From Marsupella aquatica (Eukaryota; Plantae; Marchantiophyta): 64,000 nucleotides of DNA. The position numbers and the translations under genes were made by a program. The DNA lies in contig OZ316899.1 of assembly GCA_973895155.1 (NCBI GenBank), forward strand, positions 11,533,775 to 11,597,774, written 5' to 3'. The number at the start of each line of letters is the position of its first letter. Position 1 is the first letter of the stretch. Shown here in pieces: positions 60,531 to 64,000 of this stretch. The notes under the pieces are model-generated. The model was not told where the DNA came from. It saw nothing but the letters and a program-made list of their open reading frames with translations, and did no database searches.

Positions 60531-63500
60531 GAGCAACCCAGCGCCACTCCCACAAGCCCGGGGGGATAACACAGCGACTATAGCGGCCCCAACACCAATA
60601 CTTACGGCGGTAGTGCTGCTGCCGCCCGATAGAATCAGACATTTCACTAATTCTGGAAAATTCTCCCAAGAATGGAATATTGAAAAGTTGTTTTTTGGAA
60701 ATTTTTGAGAAGGGGTTTTGGAATTTCTAAAATGAGGTTTTGGAATATTTAGTTTAGAGTTTTGGAATTTTCAGATTAGAGTTTTCGAATGAACACAAAG
60801 GGCACCTTGTCCATTGAAATTGTCAATTCTCTCGTTCATCCTATCGAGTGCTCGTTTTATATAGTGCAAATCTTTGTGGAGCTTGTCCTTATTATCGACA
60901 GATGCAAAGATGAAGGAATTTAAAATCAAATGTGCTAGAGCCCTTTTTATATTGAACTTTTCTTCCATAATATAAATTCCTTGATTTGATGGGTCAACGG
61001 TCTAACTATCAAAGATATCGCGGATCTTTCCGCGTGTGACAAGGGACTTTCTATAGAGCCCTTTCTTTCTGTAAAATTCTGGATATCTTCCCCCCGAAGC
61101 CTGAAACTCCAAGGCCTAGGATACCAACCGGGGGGCAGGTTCGTTGTCAGATGTTTTTTTGCTAAACACTTTTGACCTTTCACCTTTGCCCATTTTAATT
61201 TTCACGACCTGGGACGGGCTACACCTTTCCAATTCTGATATTCTACACTCAAGAGTGTCAACTCTCTGAGTGAGGAGCGACAAAGACCAATTTTGTGAAT
61301 CACTTGATCTCTCTAATCACCCCATAGATGATTCACAATGTTAACAAAATCTCAAGAGGAAGGCCTCTGGGTCAGAAGCTTGGCCCAAAGGGGGGGACTT
61401 CTAGAGCCCAAGGATTAGATAGCCGTCGGACGAGGAATCTGCGCTAAGCTAAGCTCTATTGGATAACTGGAAATCAAGTCTACTTGCTCGGTGTACTCTA
61501 CGCAATAATGTGTCCTCCAAAGTTTTAGGAAAGAGGTGACACAAAAAAACGAGATACATCAGAGCTGAAGATACCATGCAAGTGATTGACAACGTGCACA
61601 CGATTTTGAAAAGGAAAACTTTTCATTATTCACAAAAATAGTTGATGTTGGAAGAGGCATCCCTCAAACCAATGCCATCGATGCCAAAATGGAATTCAAA
61701 ATCTGTTGGGAAGATGACTCCAACCAAACTACCCAAGGAAGCTGGCATCGAGATGTGGGTAAGACAATTGCGGAGGAACAGAAGGACCTCAACGCTCTAC
61801 GCGAGACTAGCGCAGAAAGAGATTTGGGTTTAGGGTTGATCTACGATCTCACAGTTGCAAGAGGCATTCCTCCAATCACCGTACGTCCAGGTTCCTAAAC
61901 ACCTTTCAGATAAGGAAATCTCCCTTACCAGTTTAAAGCATAAACAAAAGTGAGCGAACACAATCTAAAATTTCCGGAGTTGAATATCTACGCGAGACTT
62001 GCGTAATCCTCAAAATGCTTCAAAAACTTAAGACTCTTCCAAATGGCTTCAAATCTTAATCGTTCCACGAAGATGGCATCCACTCATCCGAGTCTGGAGT
62101 GGATTCATGATAGTCAAGGAATGCTTCCTTTGACCAAGCTTGATGGTCCATCGGAGCCTGCCACTGCTTCTTTCCCTTCCCATAGTAGACATTGACGTTT
62201 TCCTTCATGCTTCTTTTGTTGACAGTCTCCCTGGGCATCTTTCTGGCTTTCCTTGCACCCGATGCCTCCTGCCCCTCGATAGGCGGCACAGAATTTCCTC
62301 CATGGCTAATCTTTGAATCGTCCATTTTTATTCTCCAGGTGTCTTACAATCGGGAAAGCCACAGGTATCTCCATCGAGTTCTGACAAGAAAAACCTTTTA
62401 CATCGAGTACACTCTCTTAAAAAAGATCCTTCTTTGTCAGAATTGCAATTACGGTCAAACCCATCCGCAGGCGTGTAAATCTTGGTAGACCTCCTTGGGG
62501 CGTTTCCCTCCTTTGAGCTATGAGACGGGGAAACCTCTATTGAGTTGTTGGTCACGCCGAGGTCCTTGGACATCACTGGTGGATTCATCGAGAGAACTCA
62601 AGAGATCCTCTTGAAATCAGATTAAGAAATATGAAAACTAACACAAATCAAATGACGACAGAAACTAACATCAATAGCAGATTGAAAGTGAATCAAAAAC
62701 CGCAGAATGGGAAAAGAGAGTGAGGAGTTCCCTATTTGGACAAGACCAAGAAACGGCCAAAGCGTGCGAATCACGGGTCTATGGCCATGTCGCTTTCAGT
62801 AGACCCTAGCCTAGAGACCAGAGTGAGGCCGCTCTATGCAACCCTTGTGCAGATCCAAATGGTCTACCTAAACCTTCCTTGGTAAGGCAAAACGAAGAGG
62901 CCCTATGCGAGCCTCGTGCAGAAACAAACACTTCGTTCAGAAGTTCTCGGAAATGTATGCATTCACGCTTTCAAGAACATGAACTGGAACTTTCACTTTA
63001 CCCTTTGCCTTTGAATTCCAGCCATTGATTGTAGACGTTGCAAGGAGCCAGTCGTGTTGGATTGTAGGACTTTGGTAATTTGGATCAACTTCCCAGGACT
63101 GTTTAGAATTGAAACAATCCCGATATCGTTCAGAGTCTGGGACAGACAATTTTTGATGGACAGGTCTCCACCATTCCACCTCAAACTCCCCAGCATGAGC
63201 ATCATCCGGAACCCGCACAACGCGATCCATGGCTCTTCCTAGCCAGAATCGAAGGGGAACTATTTGTTCAAATTCATCTATTGGACAAAGAATAACAAAC
63301 GTATCCTTTTTAATATCCTCAAGTGGGGAGAATCTTGACCTTTCTTGCTCCGAGCGGTGGCCAACAAATATTGTCTGTCTCTCATATTGATCTTCCTGAA
63401 GTTCATGCTCAAGGCTGCCCATGACATCATTGACAGAGCCAATGTTATTCTCAAAAATCCCAACCTCAGCTCGATATCCGGTTCCATGGTTAGTTCTTGG

Positions 63501-64000
63501 CCAAAACCCATCGAGTAGTAGATAGTCCCTCTCCAAATTAGGCGTAGAGCACAGGGAACCTTCGAAGACCCTGATGACATTTTCCCAATACTCAATTTCC
63601 GGGGATCGAAAATGATATCCCTCTGATGTGACATCTTTCCAGGCGGCTTTTAGTCATGAAACGTAATGAACGAGGTATTTGAGAATGTCACTCGCTCGCT
63701 TATGAGTCGACTCCATTTGTTTTGAAAGAGGATTTCCGGAGGGAAACACAGAGTCCTTTCCAGTAGTTTTCCAAATGGTGTGACCTTTTGCAGGTAGCCA
63801 CGGCGAATCAATTTTCTCCCAATATTGATAAACAGGTGTATTTTCTTTCATTGGAAACAAGAACTGCACAGGGGCCGACTGACCTTGGATCTTCTTCACA
63901 TAAGAAGAAACATAAGCTTTGTATCCGACAACCTCCCAGATGAATCTTGGGATTGGATGCTTCTTCTCACACTCCCAAACTTCAGCCATCAAACTAAAGA
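60531..64000 (-). mobile_element. Unclassified insertion, probably a DNA transposon, running off the window
   Basis: LTR homology ends abruptly; GTTTTGGAAT repeats at a ~21-bp period in 60690-60790; a long interrupted minus-strand frame at 62937-64000. Confidence 0.4.
62937..64000 (-). pseudogene. C-terminal part of an unknown protein, possibly transposase-associated
   Basis: ORFs 63654-63992 and 62937-63536 share a frame; motifs QFLF...YQYW...WLP and FWLGRA...FEVEWW. Confidence 0.45.

Overview
This is eukaryotic, transposon-derived DNA, probably from a non-seed land plant (inferred from the Gypsy lineage style). I found no host genes, RNA genes or CRISPR arrays. The window reads as a nested stack inside one old Ty3/Gypsy element (B). 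Nested in it are two Bianca-type Ty1/Copia elements, a MITE-like insert, two CACTA (En/Spm) transposons, two further Gypsy families (A and C) and an unclassified element at the right edge. Many junctions are fixed by exact target-site duplications (TSDs). Two results stand out. (1) Families A and C have very long LTRs (3.2-4.6 kb) that each contain a complete 800-1200 aa ORF behind a TATA-like box. The A and C proteins are homologous (a globular domain plus a coiled coil), and the two LTR families share a hairpin motif near their 3' end. (2) Element C (43954-57812) is an integrase-type Gypsy element whose two ~3.8-4.0 kb LTRs are INVERTED, yet it keeps its PBS and PPT in place and has one shared 5-bp TSD (GTACT). 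All calls were made by eye; no database searches were run.
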